Origin: a virus
Virus record (IMG/VR): IMGVR_UViG_3300032770_000004
Location: 105,963-169,962 of that record
DNA: 64,000 bases
Reading direction: 5' to 3' (one strand)
The first letter of the stretch is position 1. Each line of letters opens with the position of its first letter. Below the pieces are notes generated by a model. The model saw nothing but the letters and a program-made list of their open reading frames with translations. It ran no database searches and was not told the DNA's origin. This document shows, in pieces, positions 9,500 to 20,347 of this stretch. The position numbers were made by a program, and so were the translations under genes.

Positions 9500-12055
9500 A
9501 TGGCTATTACTGATGACAAGGTCAGGTTCTTTGGACCTGCTACGCTAGCGGCTAACGAAAATAAGGATCCGTTTGGTGCTGGTGGCACTTTCCAGTCGTC
9601 TACCTCCGTTCCGACCGATCCATTCTGGGATGTCGCATATTCTAGTGAGCTTAAGAATCGTTGGGATAAGGTTTATCCTTACCAGCTGCTTATTCTAGAA
9701 CGCGTTAATGGAAGCTATAGCAATGCCAACATAAAGGCACGCTTCACTCTTCCTATTCCTCCCCAAGAACTGAATATCGATATGCCCTTCGCGATTGAAA
9801 CAACAGTCACTATGGGAGGTGTGATTGAAGAGCATAACGGCGCTCCCCTTAGGACAATTACGCTATCAGGAACGACAGGACTTCTGCCGCTTCGAGGCAC
9901 GGTTGTTAAGCCAGGAATTCTTTCTCAAGCAACGACCATCTTTGCTGGTACATTCAGTGGCGTCAATACTATCACCAACTCTTTCAATCAAGCCGGGAAC
10001 GTCCTTGGATTTGATGGCGTGACTCCTCCGAACGTCATTCCTGAGACAGACTTTGATGGAGATCTAGGCAACTCGACCGGATTCTATCAATTCATGCTCT
10101 TGCAACGATTCCTGGAGTCCTACATCACTCAGAAGAAGACGAACGAGGGTCGAAACCTACGACTCGCCTTCGCCATTTGGAAGGAACAGGAAGTCTACAT
10201 TGTCAGTCCCGTTCTGTTTAGCCGCAGACGCAGCGCTGCGTCTCCAATGGAGTATATGTATACGCTCCAACTTCGAGCTTGGCGACGCATTACACTTGAT
10301 GACAATCAAACGCAACCCTACAACAACTCCGTAGGTATTCGAGACATCAATAAACTTGCGCAGATTGCGAATGCCATCGATACAGGACGCAAAATCCTTG
10401 AAGGAGTACGCAATACTCTTCAGGGTGTTCGTGCTGACATCCAGAACATTCTCTTTACTCCTCTTAGAGAGACTGGTCTCTTTGTCAAAGACATGATTGG
10501 CACCTCGCTTGTGGCTACCGACATGCCTTCCAACATCATGCAGGACTTCCGCGAAGGAATTCTAGAGCTGGTAACTCAAGGACAGGGAATCGACCAGCTT
10601 AGCCGCTCATTCAGTCGTGTGCCGCAGACCTATGAACAGACAGTGAGCGATATTCAAGAAGCCTTCCGAGACCTTGCTATCAGCAGCGGCAAGGCTGATA
10701 CTGGAGCTGGCCAAGACCCAGCCAGCAAGCAAGCTGGTTTGTTCGGTGGAACACAAAATGCGAAGAACGCGGATCGCGCCAACAAGATTGCTGCCAATCC
10801 TCTTGATAACTTTAGCTTTTTCAACACCATTCGTATCTCTGACCTTAATCTACGTCCCGCTACTATCAAGAAAATCGAAGACGAGCGCACACGCGTACGC
10901 AACTATCGCCGCGAGGACTTCGAGAAATTCCGAGATCAGACTCTAACCGTCCTGGCCGACTTCAGCGATTTCGTAGGAGCAGGGAACAGTACCTACACCA
11001 AACTCTATGGACTTCCTACACGCACCACGACTCGAACTCCTACTGATGATGAGTGGGATACCATTCACTCACTGAGTCAGCTCGCGCAGACCTATGACAC
11101 CCTAGCTGCTTCGACGACCATCAACCAAGACGTCATTGATGACATTGAATATGTAGCCGGTCTAGCTACTCGCTCTGGCATCGCATTCCGTGTACCCAAG
11201 AGCAAGTTCGCCGTTCCATTCCCATACGGATATACGCTTGAACAATTGGCAGATCGCTACTTGGGAGACCCATTGCGCTGGCATGAAATCGCCACCCTCA
11301 ATGGTCTCCAGGCACCTTACGTCGATGAAACAGGATTCCAGCTTCCACTTCTTGTGAATGGATCTGGAAACGATATTGTCATCAGCGATGCCAGCAACAT
11401 TTTCGTTGGCCAGTTACTGTGGCTTTCCAGCTCGAACGTTCGTCGCGAGTCTCGTCGTGTTCAAAGAGTCGTTCAGACCGGTTCAGGCCAATTTGTTGTG
11501 ACTCTCGATGGAGATTCGGATCTCGTTAAGTTCACCACAGTCGGCGCTTCGATTGTCCAGGGTTTCCTACCGAACACAGTTAATAGCCAGATGCAGATTT
11601 ACATCCCATCCGACATTGAACCTCCTGAAGAAGACTTCAGAGTCAAGAGCATTCCTGGCGTCGACTATTTCGATCCACTCGTACGTACGGGTGGGGTAGA
11701 CTTATTGCTTACCCAGTCTGGCGACCTTGTCATCACACCCGATGGTGATAGTCGTTTGGCCGTAGGTTTGACGAACTTAATCCAGAAGGTACGCTTGGCG
11801 CTCGCTACACCTCGTGGCAGCTTAATGCATCACCCCGACTATGGTATTGGCATCAAGCCGGGAACGAGTACCGCTGACATTTCAGCAAACGATCTTCTAA
11901 ACAGCGCGGATCAGATGTTCAAGGATGACCCAGGATTTACTGGTGTCCAATCCGCAAGTGTCCGAAAAGACACGAATGCTGTGTATATGAAAATCGTAGT
12001 CGGCATTGCTGGCGGCACGATGTACATCCCAGTAGAAGTCCAAGCCAAACAATAA
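9500..12055 (+). CDS. baseplate protein with LysM-like and C-terminal gp25-like domains
   Basis: GYTLEQLADRYLGDPLRWHEIATLNGL (LysM/tail X-like) and NLIQKVRLAL.TPRGSL.HHPDYG (gp25-like). Confidence 0.75.
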   Translation: MAITDDKVRFFGPATLAANENKDPFGAGGTFQSSTSVPTDPFWDVAYSSELKNRWDKVYPYQLLILERVNGSYSNANIKARFTLPIPPQELNIDMPFAIETTVTMGGVIEEHNGAPLRTITLSGTTGLLPLRGTVVKPGILSQATTIFAGTFSGVNTITNSFNQAGNVLGFDGVTPPNVIPETDFDGDLGNSTGFYQFMLLQRFLESYITQKKTNEGRNLRLAFAIWKEQEVYIVSPVLFSRRRSAASPMEYMYTLQLRAWRRITLDDNQTQPYNNSVGIRDINKLAQIANAIDTGRKILEGVRNTLQGVRADIQNILFTPLRETGLFVKDMIGTSLVATDMPSNIMQDFREGILELVTQGQGIDQLSRSFSRVPQTYEQTVSDIQEAFRDLAISSGKADTGAGQDPASKQAGLFGGTQNAKNADRANKIAANPLDNFSFFNTIRISDLNLRPATIKKIEDERTRVRNYRREDFEKFRDQTLTVLADFSDFVGAGNSTYTKLYGLPTRTTTRTPTDDEWDTIHSLSQLAQTYDTLAASTTINQDVIDDIEYVAGLATRSGIAFRVPKSKFAVPFPYGYTLEQLADRYLGDPLRWHEIATLNGLQAPYVDETGFQLPLLVNGSGNDIVISDASNIFVGQLLWLSSSNVRRESRRVQRVVQTGSGQFVVTLDGDSDLVKFTTVGASIVQGFLPNTVNSQMQIYIPSDIEPPEEDFRVKSIPGVDYFDPLVRTGGVDLLLTQSGDLVITPDGDSRLAVGLTNLIQKVRLALATPRGSLMHHPDYGIGIKPGTSTADISANDLLNSADQMFKDDPGFTGVQSASVRKDTNAVYMKIVVGIAGGTMYIPVEVQAKQ

Positions 12056-12064
12056 TTGGCCGGG

Positions 12065-12071
12065 GTAATCT
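12065..12071 (+). promoter_or_regulatory. GTAATCT element
   Basis: Intergenic, upstream of the endonuclease gene at 12114; does not overlap a stop codon. Confidence 0.55.
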
Positions 12072-12113
12072 ACATTCCATCCTGACAAGTAGTTCCTGAA
12101 GGATATCAATCCC

Positions 12114-12575
12114 ATGGCAGACAAATGGTATCAGACTTGTGTTCAATCAAAGCGATGCCCTAGATGCGGTAAGTCTAGGGGCTCATCGAAGTCGATCTAT
12201 TGTCAAGCCTGTAGCGTCCATAACGCCAAACAAAAAATGATCCGTAAGAACGCGGGAGACTGTCCTAACCACAGGAACGTTAAGCGTCCGTGTGTTCTAT
12301 GCAAATGGAGCATCGCAGAAAGCTCACTTAGAAAATACGGAATTTCCTTAGAGGAGTTTGCTTGGATGGAACACGCACAAAATCGTTTGTGCGCGATTTG
12401 TCAACAGAGACCAGATTCTGGTCGAGATTTAGCCGTGGATCATGATCACGAAACCGGCCAAATTAGAGGACTACTTTGTGATCGATGCAACCCAGGTATC
12501 GGAATGTTCCCTAAGAAGGAAAATCTATTGCGAGCATACGAGTACCTGAAGAAGTTCGGAAAAGAAAATGGCTGA
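12114..12575 (+). CDS. free-standing endonuclease VII-family homing endonuclease
   Basis: KYGISLEE.....QNRLCAICQ...LAVDHDHETGQIRGLLCDRCN, with N-terminal Cys fingers. Confidence 0.85.
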   Translation: MADKWYQTCVQSKRCPRCGKSRGSSKSIYCQACSVHNAKQKMIRKNAGDCPNHRNVKRPCVLCKWSIAESSLRKYGISLEEFAWMEHAQNRLCAICQQRPDSGRDLAVDHDHETGQIRGLLCDRCNPGIGMFPKKENLLRAYEYLKKFGKENG

Positions 12576-15500
12576 TATCCCAACTCCACGAAGCTACTCT
12601 CAGATCCTCGGAGAGATGGTTGACGCTCTTCTTTCGCGCCTCGGCCTTCCGAGTCTGCGAGTTGGCTCGCCTGCGCTTTCGATTCTAGAAGCCGCTGCCC
12701 AATCCGACCTTCGTAGCTCGCAAGACATTTTCAACCTTCTCAATTCCTTGAGTCTAGATCGTGCATCGGGCTTGGCGTTGGATCGCATCGGTGCCGATGA
12801 ACAGGTTCCTCGCCTCGGTCAGACAGCCGCCTCAGGAGCCGTTGACATTAGCGATACTGCCTTCACTAAGATTTCAACGCTCATCTATCAGGGCCTTGGC
12901 TCTCCAATCGTAGGTACCATGACCTTGAATGTAGATGATGCTAGCCTTTTCCCGACTAGCGGCAACATCTACGTCGGTCGTGGCACTACCAATTACGAAG
13001 GACCCATTCCTTACACTGCCACTACCAATGTCGGTAGCTATTGGGCACTGACTCTTGGAACTGGAACCACCAAATTCCACAATCTAGGAGAAGGAGTTGT
13101 ACTTGCACAAGGCGGCAATCGAAACATTCCTGCTGGTACTCTAATGGCAACGCCACAAGGCAATGCTGGTACTGCTGTGCAGTTCTCGACCCTTTATGGC
13201 GCTACTATCCCCGATGGTGAAACACTAGTTCAGAACATTCCATCTGTTGCACGTGTTCCTGGGTCTATCGGCAACGTAATTGCTAACAGCGTTACCACAT
13301 TTGTCTCTCCTCCGTTTACTACCGCTGCCGTCAATAACCCAGCTCCATTCGCCAACGGTCTTGATACTGAGGATGATCAGTCCTACCGTGAACGTATCCG
13401 CTCTGCTCGCAATTCGCGCAGCAAGGGAACAGACCTTGCCATTCAGACTGGCGTTATTGGCATCACTGCCCTCGACGAGAATAAGCGCGTCCTAAGCGCG
13501 AGCATTGTCACACGCGAAGACGAGCCCGTCACTCTCTACATCGACGACGGTACAGGATACGAGCCTATCTCTGAAGGAATCGCCTTTGAAATCATAGTAG
13601 ACGATGCCTTGGGTGGCGAGCAGTATTTACAGCTGGCTAACGGTCGACCGGTTCAAAAAGCATCCATTGTCAGCGCACTTTCGGCTCCTTTTGTGCTTTC
13701 GGATAACTGTCAACTTGCGGTTGAAGTTAGCGGTGTTAGAAGCACACATCAGTTCCCCGCTTCCGACTTCTCTGAAATCACCAATGCTAGCGCATTTGAA
13801 GTGGCAGCATCTATCAACAGCGACCCCGCAATCAGCTGGTCGGCAAGCGCCACCAACAACGGCAATAATGTTCTCATCTTCGCCAAGGCTGACTCGAACG
13901 AGGATCTCCAGGTAGTTGCAGCAGATGCCGGTCTGATTGATGCCAACGACCTTCTTGGCTTCAATACCAATCCCGCCAAGACCCTTTGGCTCTACAAGAA
14001 TGATGTTCTCCTTGAAAAGGATGGCGAGCTGGCCCTTCTTACTACCAAGCCACAAAGTCAGTGGTCTTCTATCGCCACGGGCGCGACTCTGAACATTTCG
14101 GTTGATGGTATTCCATTGACAATCACCATCAACGATGTCGACTTTATCAACGCCGGAACCTCCTACGTCAAGGTAGCTGCTACTAATTCTTTGGCGTCTT
14201 GGGCTCAGGTTTTGAACTATAAGATTCCAGGCGTCACCGTGACGGTTGATGGCGGATCTCTCGACTTTACTAGCAACAGTGGGCGAAGTTCGCGAGCAGC
14301 GATTGCCATCACTGGCGGTTCCATGCAAGGTGCGATGTTTAGCACAATGACTGCCCAAGGCCGCAACAAGGACTATAGTCTGGATCGCAACCTTGGTCAA
14401 ATTAAGCTAGAGACACCACTCATAGCTGAAGATCGCCTAACCGCTGGAAGTCTCAATACTCGTGGTTTCGTGGTAACCCCAGCTTTCACTACCCATAATA
14501 TTGCTTCTGTTGCCACCAGCGTTGCTGGCCAGAATGGCGCAGAACTTTGGGTGGTAGTTGATGGAAATGCTCAGATTGTCAATATCGGAGCTGGCATAGG
14601 TACATCATTAACTGTAACCAATCCCACTTCTCCTACCTGGGGAAAACGCGTACGTTACAACAGTAACGCAGCCGCCAATCTCTTTGGTAACGCTCTAGAA
14701 GGTGACTGGGTTATTGCGACAGACCTTGCATTTAACATTGCTAACCGTGGAGCATACCGTATCGCGGCAGTAGATGCTGGCGGTACCTGGATTGAAGTTG
14801 AACGTCCATCTTCGTGGTCCACTACTCAGGCTGCCTTCAATCTCTTGACGGGCGGAATGAAGGTCGTTCGTACCTTAGTAGAACCACAGCGTGTATTCAT
14901 CACTACAGCCAATAACTATACAGCCCTCAGTCTTGTGACGGCAATGCAGCCACAGCTTGATGGAGCAACCGCCGAAGTCTATCAAACCCAGCAGGTTCTT
15001 CTGCGCACCAATAGCTTTACTGGAGGCGACATTGCGGTCGTAGCAGCCAATGACGAAGGCGTTCTCCTTGGCTTCCCCCTAACCGGAGCTGTGGCTAGCG
15101 GTATTAGCCACCTTGCAAGTATCGTCGCAAGCCATCCTCAGACTGGAACTCCTGGATTCAATAACTACACGGTATTTTCGGTCACTAGCTCAACAGTCAT
15201 CAACTATGGATCCGGTACTGCTCCGAGCAGCAGCGGTATTCTCGTCGGACTCAAGGCTCTTGATGATACTAGCGGTACTAAGTATAGCAACAAGAACCAC
15301 ATTTCCGGTATCGCTTCACAGTCCGGTACTGTGCTGACATTACGTACCCCGGCACTAGAACAATGGCTACCGCAAGACCGCTTCTACGTATCGTCTTCAT
15401 ATGGAATCACTGCCCGAGATCAGATTGCGGTAGTGGTTGATGGCGATGAAATCAGCAAGCGTTATGTGATGAATATGTATCGTCGCGTAACCCCAGGCAG

Positions 15501-18360
15501 CACCACGTATGGTTCGACTAACGACTTCCATGACGCAGACAATGGTGGTGTTAGCTTGGCTGAAGCTTTTGGTACCAACTTCGATTGGTCAGACTTTGCC
15601 GTCCATATGAAAGCACGCGGCAAGGCCAACGGCATTATGTGGCGATACTATCGTCATGGCCCCGAAGGCAACTATGCTCGTGTCCAATACACTTACCCGA
15701 CAGTTGCAAGTCAGGCCACATCAGTGGTGACTGTCAATACACGTCTTGATGATTACGTTGACATTGGCATCAGTCTTAGATCCGGCGCAGCACGTACCGG
15801 TGTTGGAATTCACAACACATCAGCAATCGGCGCCATCGCTACTTCAGGACCGGACGTCAACAATCTTTATACCTACCTGTATGTAATGTACCTAGCAGTT
15901 TCGAGTGGCCAGCGTGTCATTCAGCTGAACTACACGGGCGGTAACGCAAATGTGTTTAGCGGCGTCGTCACGGGTGGCACTTCCGGAGCTACTGCGACAG
16001 TAGTTAGCGACACCCCAGGAGGAACCGGTACTGGCGTGCTTATTCTAACAGGCCCAGTCGGTTCCTTTGTCAATGGCGAAACCATTACAGCTGGTTCTGC
16101 CTCTGCTACCACTAACGGTACAATGTATGGTCTCACTACCCTAACTCTCACGCTTCCTTCGCCGGCTACAGACCATGGTTGGGCCGTTGGTAACATCATC
16201 TGGTTCCAGAGTACCAATGTCAACTTCTCGTCGGGACCATACACTATCACTGCCCGTACAGCATCTAGCATCAGTTTCGTAGACGTTGCCACAACGCAAG
16301 GCGCTACAGCTACGCCTGGGCGTGTAAGTCAGGATACACTTGGAGAAGTCACGCTCAATGGAAGTACAGTGGTCGTAGGCGACATCTTCACGATGACCCC
16401 CTCCCTTTCGATGATTGTTGGAGCGCCTCCAGTATTTCAAACAATCAAGACCTTAACGCTCGGAAGTGACAGCTTTACGGGCCAATCACCTAATGCGGGA
16501 ACTCCTACAACCACGCTTTCGTGGTACTACATTGGAAACACTGCCAATGTCTCGTGGTATCCATTGGATTCAAGTAACACGCTTACGAACATCAATACCG
16601 ACGTTAGCGGATCTGCCAATACGCCAATCTCTGGATACATCTACGGAACTCCTTCGAGCACCATCCTTGCTGCAAGCTATGAAGCTCCTGGCAATGGCGG
16701 TATTGGAAATACCTATCCTTGGTACAACCTCGTTGACGGCATCAACTACGTACTCTCTAACACGATGCCAGGATCGCCTTCGACCCAGGTCAATTTCACA
16801 TTCAAGAATGCTACGGATGGATCTCTATCGACGAATTCAGATTGGATTGATGAAGATGTTCGTCTTGTTCCGACCACCGTCGCAAACATCGTCAACTATC
16901 TCAACAGCGCTGCTATCGGCGGATTGTTTGAGGCAACCGAAATTGCTATTGCCCAAGACGGCCAGAAGCCGCAAATCACCACCATCACAGTTGGAAGCCA
17001 AGGTGACATCAATGTCAGCGGCGGCAATGCCAACAACGTAGCGGTACCCATTGTTGGTAGCGCAGTTGTGGCGGCTGATACCTCCGTGGTTTCCGTCCTT
17101 GCTTCTGAAGCTGATGGACTGAGAGGAAATGCGTGGGTGCGCCTAGAGAATGCTGTGGTTGCTCCAAAGGCGATCATCACCAGTGCGACTGCGTTGACTA
17201 GTATCGACGCCACGGGCGCAATCGTAGTAACGGGTACGAAGCTTTGGAAGTGGAGTGCTGATGGTGGATCCACAGAAGACATTGCATCGGCAAACTGGCA
17301 GATTGAACGTCAAGGAAACTACATGGCTTATGTTTGGACGGGCGCCAGTCCGTATACCAATTTCGCCAATGTAGCCGAAGGTGACTGGGTATACCTTACC
17401 AATTTCACCGGAACGATGAATACCCTCAATACGGGTGTCTTCCGTGTAGTGCGAACCAACGGAGTAGATACTTTCTGGATCGAAAACCCAAACGGAGTAG
17501 AAGAGATTTCGAGTGCGGTTACGATGTTCTTTGACTACAACAGCGCTATCTACAACGATACGCTGATTATAAACACTCCATTGTGGGGTAGCGCCAACGT
17601 TGGTACGTGGACCGTTCTTGCACCAGACCTTACCAATCAATACCGAATTCTTGTCAAAAGCTTGACAGGTCAAGTCCCCGTAGCGGCGGGTCCTGTAGCA
17701 GCTCTTGGAATCAACGCCGGATTGATCCAGGTCTATGAATCGAGCCCTTCACGCCTCACTAAGCAGATCAGTGGTATCGCCCCTAATGGAAGCTCGCTTG
17801 TTGACATCAAATTCACGACTAAGGGCGGCTACCAGAATGTGGGTGCTGCATATGGCACGATTATCAGGGCTCTAGACAAACTCCAGTTTGGTATCGACCA
17901 GACAACGGGAGCCGTACAGTCTATCAATCCAGGTGTCGATGCCTATGTTCACAACGCAGGCCTAATTGCTGAAGCTAACAAGGTTGTCTATGGCGACGAG
18001 AGCGACAGCTCAAGCTATCCTGGAATTGCCGCTGCTGGAGCTAATATCAATATTAGTGGGCCAATTATTCGCAGGATTCAGGTCTCGTTTGCTGTCCGTG
18101 CCGCTACTGGCGTAGATACCCAAGACATTCGAGCCAAGGTACGATCGGCCGTTGCTTCTGTCATCAATCAAGCTGGCGTAGGTGAATCTATCGCTATCAG
18201 CAAACTAATTACCGCAGCCCAGGGCATCAATGGAGTCGTGGGTATCACGGTACTCGCTCCTGTCTATGGAAGCGGCAACGATCTAATCCCAATTCAACCC
18301 TTTGAAAAGGCCTTGGTCTTGGACGTTGAACAAGACATCCAGGTCAGTCTCGTGGAGTAA
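12568..18360 (+). CDS. very large baseplate J/gp6-like wedge protein
   Basis: N-terminal LDRIG...R...TAASG.V and G.D.EDD..YRERI...SKGT motifs; C-terminal VRSAV..VIN...GESIAIS.LI.AAQ.INGV; about 1400 aa of beta-rich insert in between. Confidence 0.85.
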   Translation: MADIPTPRSYSQILGEMVDALLSRLGLPSLRVGSPALSILEAAAQSDLRSSQDIFNLLNSLSLDRASGLALDRIGADEQVPRLGQTAASGAVDISDTAFTKISTLIYQGLGSPIVGTMTLNVDDASLFPTSGNIYVGRGTTNYEGPIPYTATTNVGSYWALTLGTGTTKFHNLGEGVVLAQGGNRNIPAGTLMATPQGNAGTAVQFSTLYGATIPDGETLVQNIPSVARVPGSIGNVIANSVTTFVSPPFTTAAVNNPAPFANGLDTEDDQSYRERIRSARNSRSKGTDLAIQTGVIGITALDENKRVLSASIVTREDEPVTLYIDDGTGYEPISEGIAFEIIVDDALGGEQYLQLANGRPVQKASIVSALSAPFVLSDNCQLAVEVSGVRSTHQFPASDFSEITNASAFEVAASINSDPAISWSASATNNGNNVLIFAKADSNEDLQVVAADAGLIDANDLLGFNTNPAKTLWLYKNDVLLEKDGELALLTTKPQSQWSSIATGATLNISVDGIPLTITINDVDFINAGTSYVKVAATNSLASWAQVLNYKIPGVTVTVDGGSLDFTSNSGRSSRAAIAITGGSMQGAMFSTMTAQGRNKDYSLDRNLGQIKLETPLIAEDRLTAGSLNTRGFVVTPAFTTHNIASVATSVAGQNGAELWVVVDGNAQIVNIGAGIGTSLTVTNPTSPTWGKRVRYNSNAAANLFGNALEGDWVIATDLAFNIANRGAYRIAAVDAGGTWIEVERPSSWSTTQAAFNLLTGGMKVVRTLVEPQRVFITTANNYTALSLVTAMQPQLDGATAEVYQTQQVLLRTNSFTGGDIAVVAANDEGVLLGFPLTGAVASGISHLASIVASHPQTGTPGFNNYTVFSVTSSTVINYGSGTAPSSSGILVGLKALDDTSGTKYSNKNHISGIASQSGTVLTLRTPALEQWLPQDRFYVSSSYGITARDQIAVVVDGDEISKRYVMNMYRRVTPGSTTYGSTNDFHDADNGGVSLAEAFGTNFDWSDFAVHMKARGKANGIMWRYYRHGPEGNYARVQYTYPTVASQATSVVTVNTRLDDYVDIGISLRSGAARTGVGIHNTSAIGAIATSGPDVNNLYTYLYVMYLAVSSGQRVIQLNYTGGNANVFSGVVTGGTSGATATVVSDTPGGTGTGVLILTGPVGSFVNGETITAGSASATTNGTMYGLTTLTLTLPSPATDHGWAVGNIIWFQSTNVNFSSGPYTITARTASSISFVDVATTQGATATPGRVSQDTLGEVTLNGSTVVVGDIFTMTPSLSMIVGAPPVFQTIKTLTLGSDSFTGQSPNAGTPTTTLSWYYIGNTANVSWYPLDSSNTLTNINTDVSGSANTPISGYIYGTPSSTILAASYEAPGNGGIGNTYPWYNLVDGINYVLSNTMPGSPSTQVNFTFKNATDGSLSTNSDWIDEDVRLVPTTVANIVNYLNSAAIGGLFEATEIAIAQDGQKPQITTITVGSQGDINVSGGNANNVAVPIVGSAVVAADTSVVSVLASEADGLRGNAWVRLENAVVAPKAIITSATALTSIDATGAIVVTGTKLWKWSADGGSTEDIASANWQIERQGNYMAYVWTGASPYTNFANVAEGDWVYLTNFTGTMNTLNTGVFRVVRTNGVDTFWIENPNGVEEISSAVTMFFDYNSAIYNDTLIINTPLWGSANVGTWTVLAPDLTNQYRILVKSLTGQVPVAAGPVAALGINAGLIQVYESSPSRLTKQISGIAPNGSSLVDIKFTTKGGYQNVGAAYGTIIRALDKLQFGIDQTTGAVQSINPGVDAYVHNAGLIAEANKVVYGDESDSSSYPGIAAAGANINISGPIIRRIQVSFAVRAATGVDTQDIRAKVRSAVASVINQAGVGESIAISKLITAAQGINGVVGITVLAPVYGSGNDLIPIQPFEKALVLDVEQDIQVSLVE

Positions 18361-18362
18361 TC

Positions 18363-19379
18363 ATGTCTCTTCCTGCACTTAGCAAAACATACTACGCATA
18401 CGGAAACGCTACTGCTCCAGCTACAGATACCGTAGGGCACATTGCTTCATCGAACGCCTTCCTGCTGAAGCAATTTCTCGTTGGTAACGCTGTTGTAGGT
18501 GGCTCGTCATATGGCACCCGCAATCCCAACAGTCTTTGGACCATCATGGGCTGCTGCGATTCTACGCAAGTGAAGACAGATGGTACTGACCTCTGGACCG
18601 ACTACACGAAGGTCGTCTGGGCGAATAGTGGGTCAGCACATTCGTGGATATGGTTGCGTAACACGACGATTGGCCGCGACATCGTGATTGATGCCAACTC
18701 CTCTGCCTTCACGTCTATCCGCATCACTGGCTCACGCACCGCTGACGCTCCGTTCTCTGGTGGCACGACTACGGCTGGGCCGACCAGTACGTACGAGTAT
18801 ACGGCGAAGACTTATAGCAACGGTACGAACATCAACTCTCCGTGGATCGCTGACACGGTGACAAGTGCTACTAATTATGCGCATTTTTGCTGCCCGGGTG
18901 ATGGCACATGGGCCTTCTACACCTCGCGCGGCGGGTCTGGATACTTCAACCAAGCGATCGAGATGGTGCAGACGACCAACGCTGCGTCGGCCGACCACTA
19001 CAACACTTTTTGGATGTTGGACTCGGCCAGTGCCACGCGCGGTTGCTTCGCTGCTGGAAATCTGACGAGCAACAACACGGCGGTCGGCCGCACCTTCAAT
19101 AACGCTACGGGCGCCAACGGCGGACTCAGCGCTGGAAATAACTTCGGCGGTAACGTCCTCAACTCAACGGGGCTCGACGCAGGTACATCGAACTACATGG
19201 CTGTCCCGATCCATATCTACACGTTCACGGGAAGTGCCGCGTATCGAGGCCAGTGGCCGGATCACTACCATGTGGCGAATGCGCCGATTGGTGGAAGCTA
19301 CCCTAGCGCTGCCGCACAAACACACGTAGTAGTTGGTGACGTAGTGTGTCCTTTCCCCGGCGTGAACCTTTTGACCTAA
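18363..19379 (+). CDS. putative virion/tail-associated protein
   Basis: 338-aa T/S/G/N-rich protein in the structural operon; visibly more GC-rich than its neighbours. Confidence 0.55.
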   Translation: MSLPALSKTYYAYGNATAPATDTVGHIASSNAFLLKQFLVGNAVVGGSSYGTRNPNSLWTIMGCCDSTQVKTDGTDLWTDYTKVVWANSGSAHSWIWLRNTTIGRDIVIDANSSAFTSIRITGSRTADAPFSGGTTTAGPTSTYEYTAKTYSNGTNINSPWIADTVTSATNYAHFCCPGDGTWAFYTSRGGSGYFNQAIEMVQTTNAASADHYNTFWMLDSASATRGCFAAGNLTSNNTAVGRTFNNATGANGGLSAGNNFGGNVLNSTGLDAGTSNYMAVPIHIYTFTGSAAYRGQWPDHYHVANAPIGGSYPSAAAQTHVVVGDVVCPFPGVNLLT

Positions 19380-19389
19380 GAGATAAGCC

Positions 19390-20346
19390 GTGACAGACGT
19401 CTCCAATATCGCGCTCTATGGGGATCAGGGTCCTTACTTTGTTCCGCTTGCGCAGATTCAGCCTAACCTTTCAGGAATGTACCTGCTAGGTGCCGTTAAC
19501 AAGCTGAGTCTTGATGCTGTCGTCACGTCTTCCAATCAATTTATAGTAACTCTAGGTGAGCTAGTTACTCGCGCATCGACTAGTGCTTCTGACTATTCTG
19601 TCAGTGGTCCATCAACAATTACGGTGACAGGAGTTACTTGGAACAGCACAGATACGTTCATCACGTGTACCTATACCGGCGCTTTCGTAGCTGGTACATA
19701 CACACTTTCAATTACTGCCGATACCATTTCCGATTTGAACGGAAACTTCAACAGTAACTCTCCTATCCCGCTTCTAAACACGACGTTTTCCGTGCCAACG
19801 ATGACCTATGTCAGTCCTACTGGCGGTGCGTCTACAATACATCTGACCTATTCGTTGCCTCCTTACATTTCTGGAGACGCCGCTGTACCTGCCAATTGGA
19901 TCATCACGGGAAGTGGTGTACCGGTGACAGTCACGAGTGTCACGACATCGGGGAACGACATCGTCTTGGGCGTTACCGAGCAAACCCAGGGGGCTAGCTA
20001 TCAGGTGACAATGCCAGCTGGCATCAGCGGAATTTCAGGCGTTAGCTACATAGCGTTATCTGGATCTTTCGTTGCCAACTTCACCGGAACCGGTATTGCA
20101 CCGACTATCCTAATCGCCTTCCCAGAGAACGATGCATACAAAGTGGACGTAATCTTTAGTGAGGCGGTAGTGGACACCGAAGCTTTGGTTGCTGCTAATT
20201 ACAGCATCAACAATGGGTTGCAGGTGTACTCCGTGGATAAGCTAAGTGATAGCTCCTATCGTCTCCACACAAGCCAGCAAACCGCTGGAGTAGTGTACAC
20301 CCTCATCGTTAGCAACATTCATGATCTCAAGGGGAATCTGATTTAA
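19390..20346 (+). CDS. virion protein with three Ig-like repeats
   Basis: Repeated V.FS..V....A...ANYSI-type modules; GTG start. Confidence 0.6.
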   Translation: MTDVSNIALYGDQGPYFVPLAQIQPNLSGMYLLGAVNKLSLDAVVTSSNQFIVTLGELVTRASTSASDYSVSGPSTITVTGVTWNSTDTFITCTYTGAFVAGTYTLSITADTISDLNGNFNSNSPIPLLNTTFSVPTMTYVSPTGGASTIHLTYSLPPYISGDAAVPANWIITGSGVPVTVTSVTTSGNDIVLGVTEQTQGASYQVTMPAGISGISGVSYIALSGSFVANFTGTGIAPTILIAFPENDAYKVDVIFSEAVVDTEALVAANYSINNGLQVYSVDKLSDSSYRLHTSQQTAGVVYTLIVSNIHDLKGNLI

Positions 20347-20347
20347 A

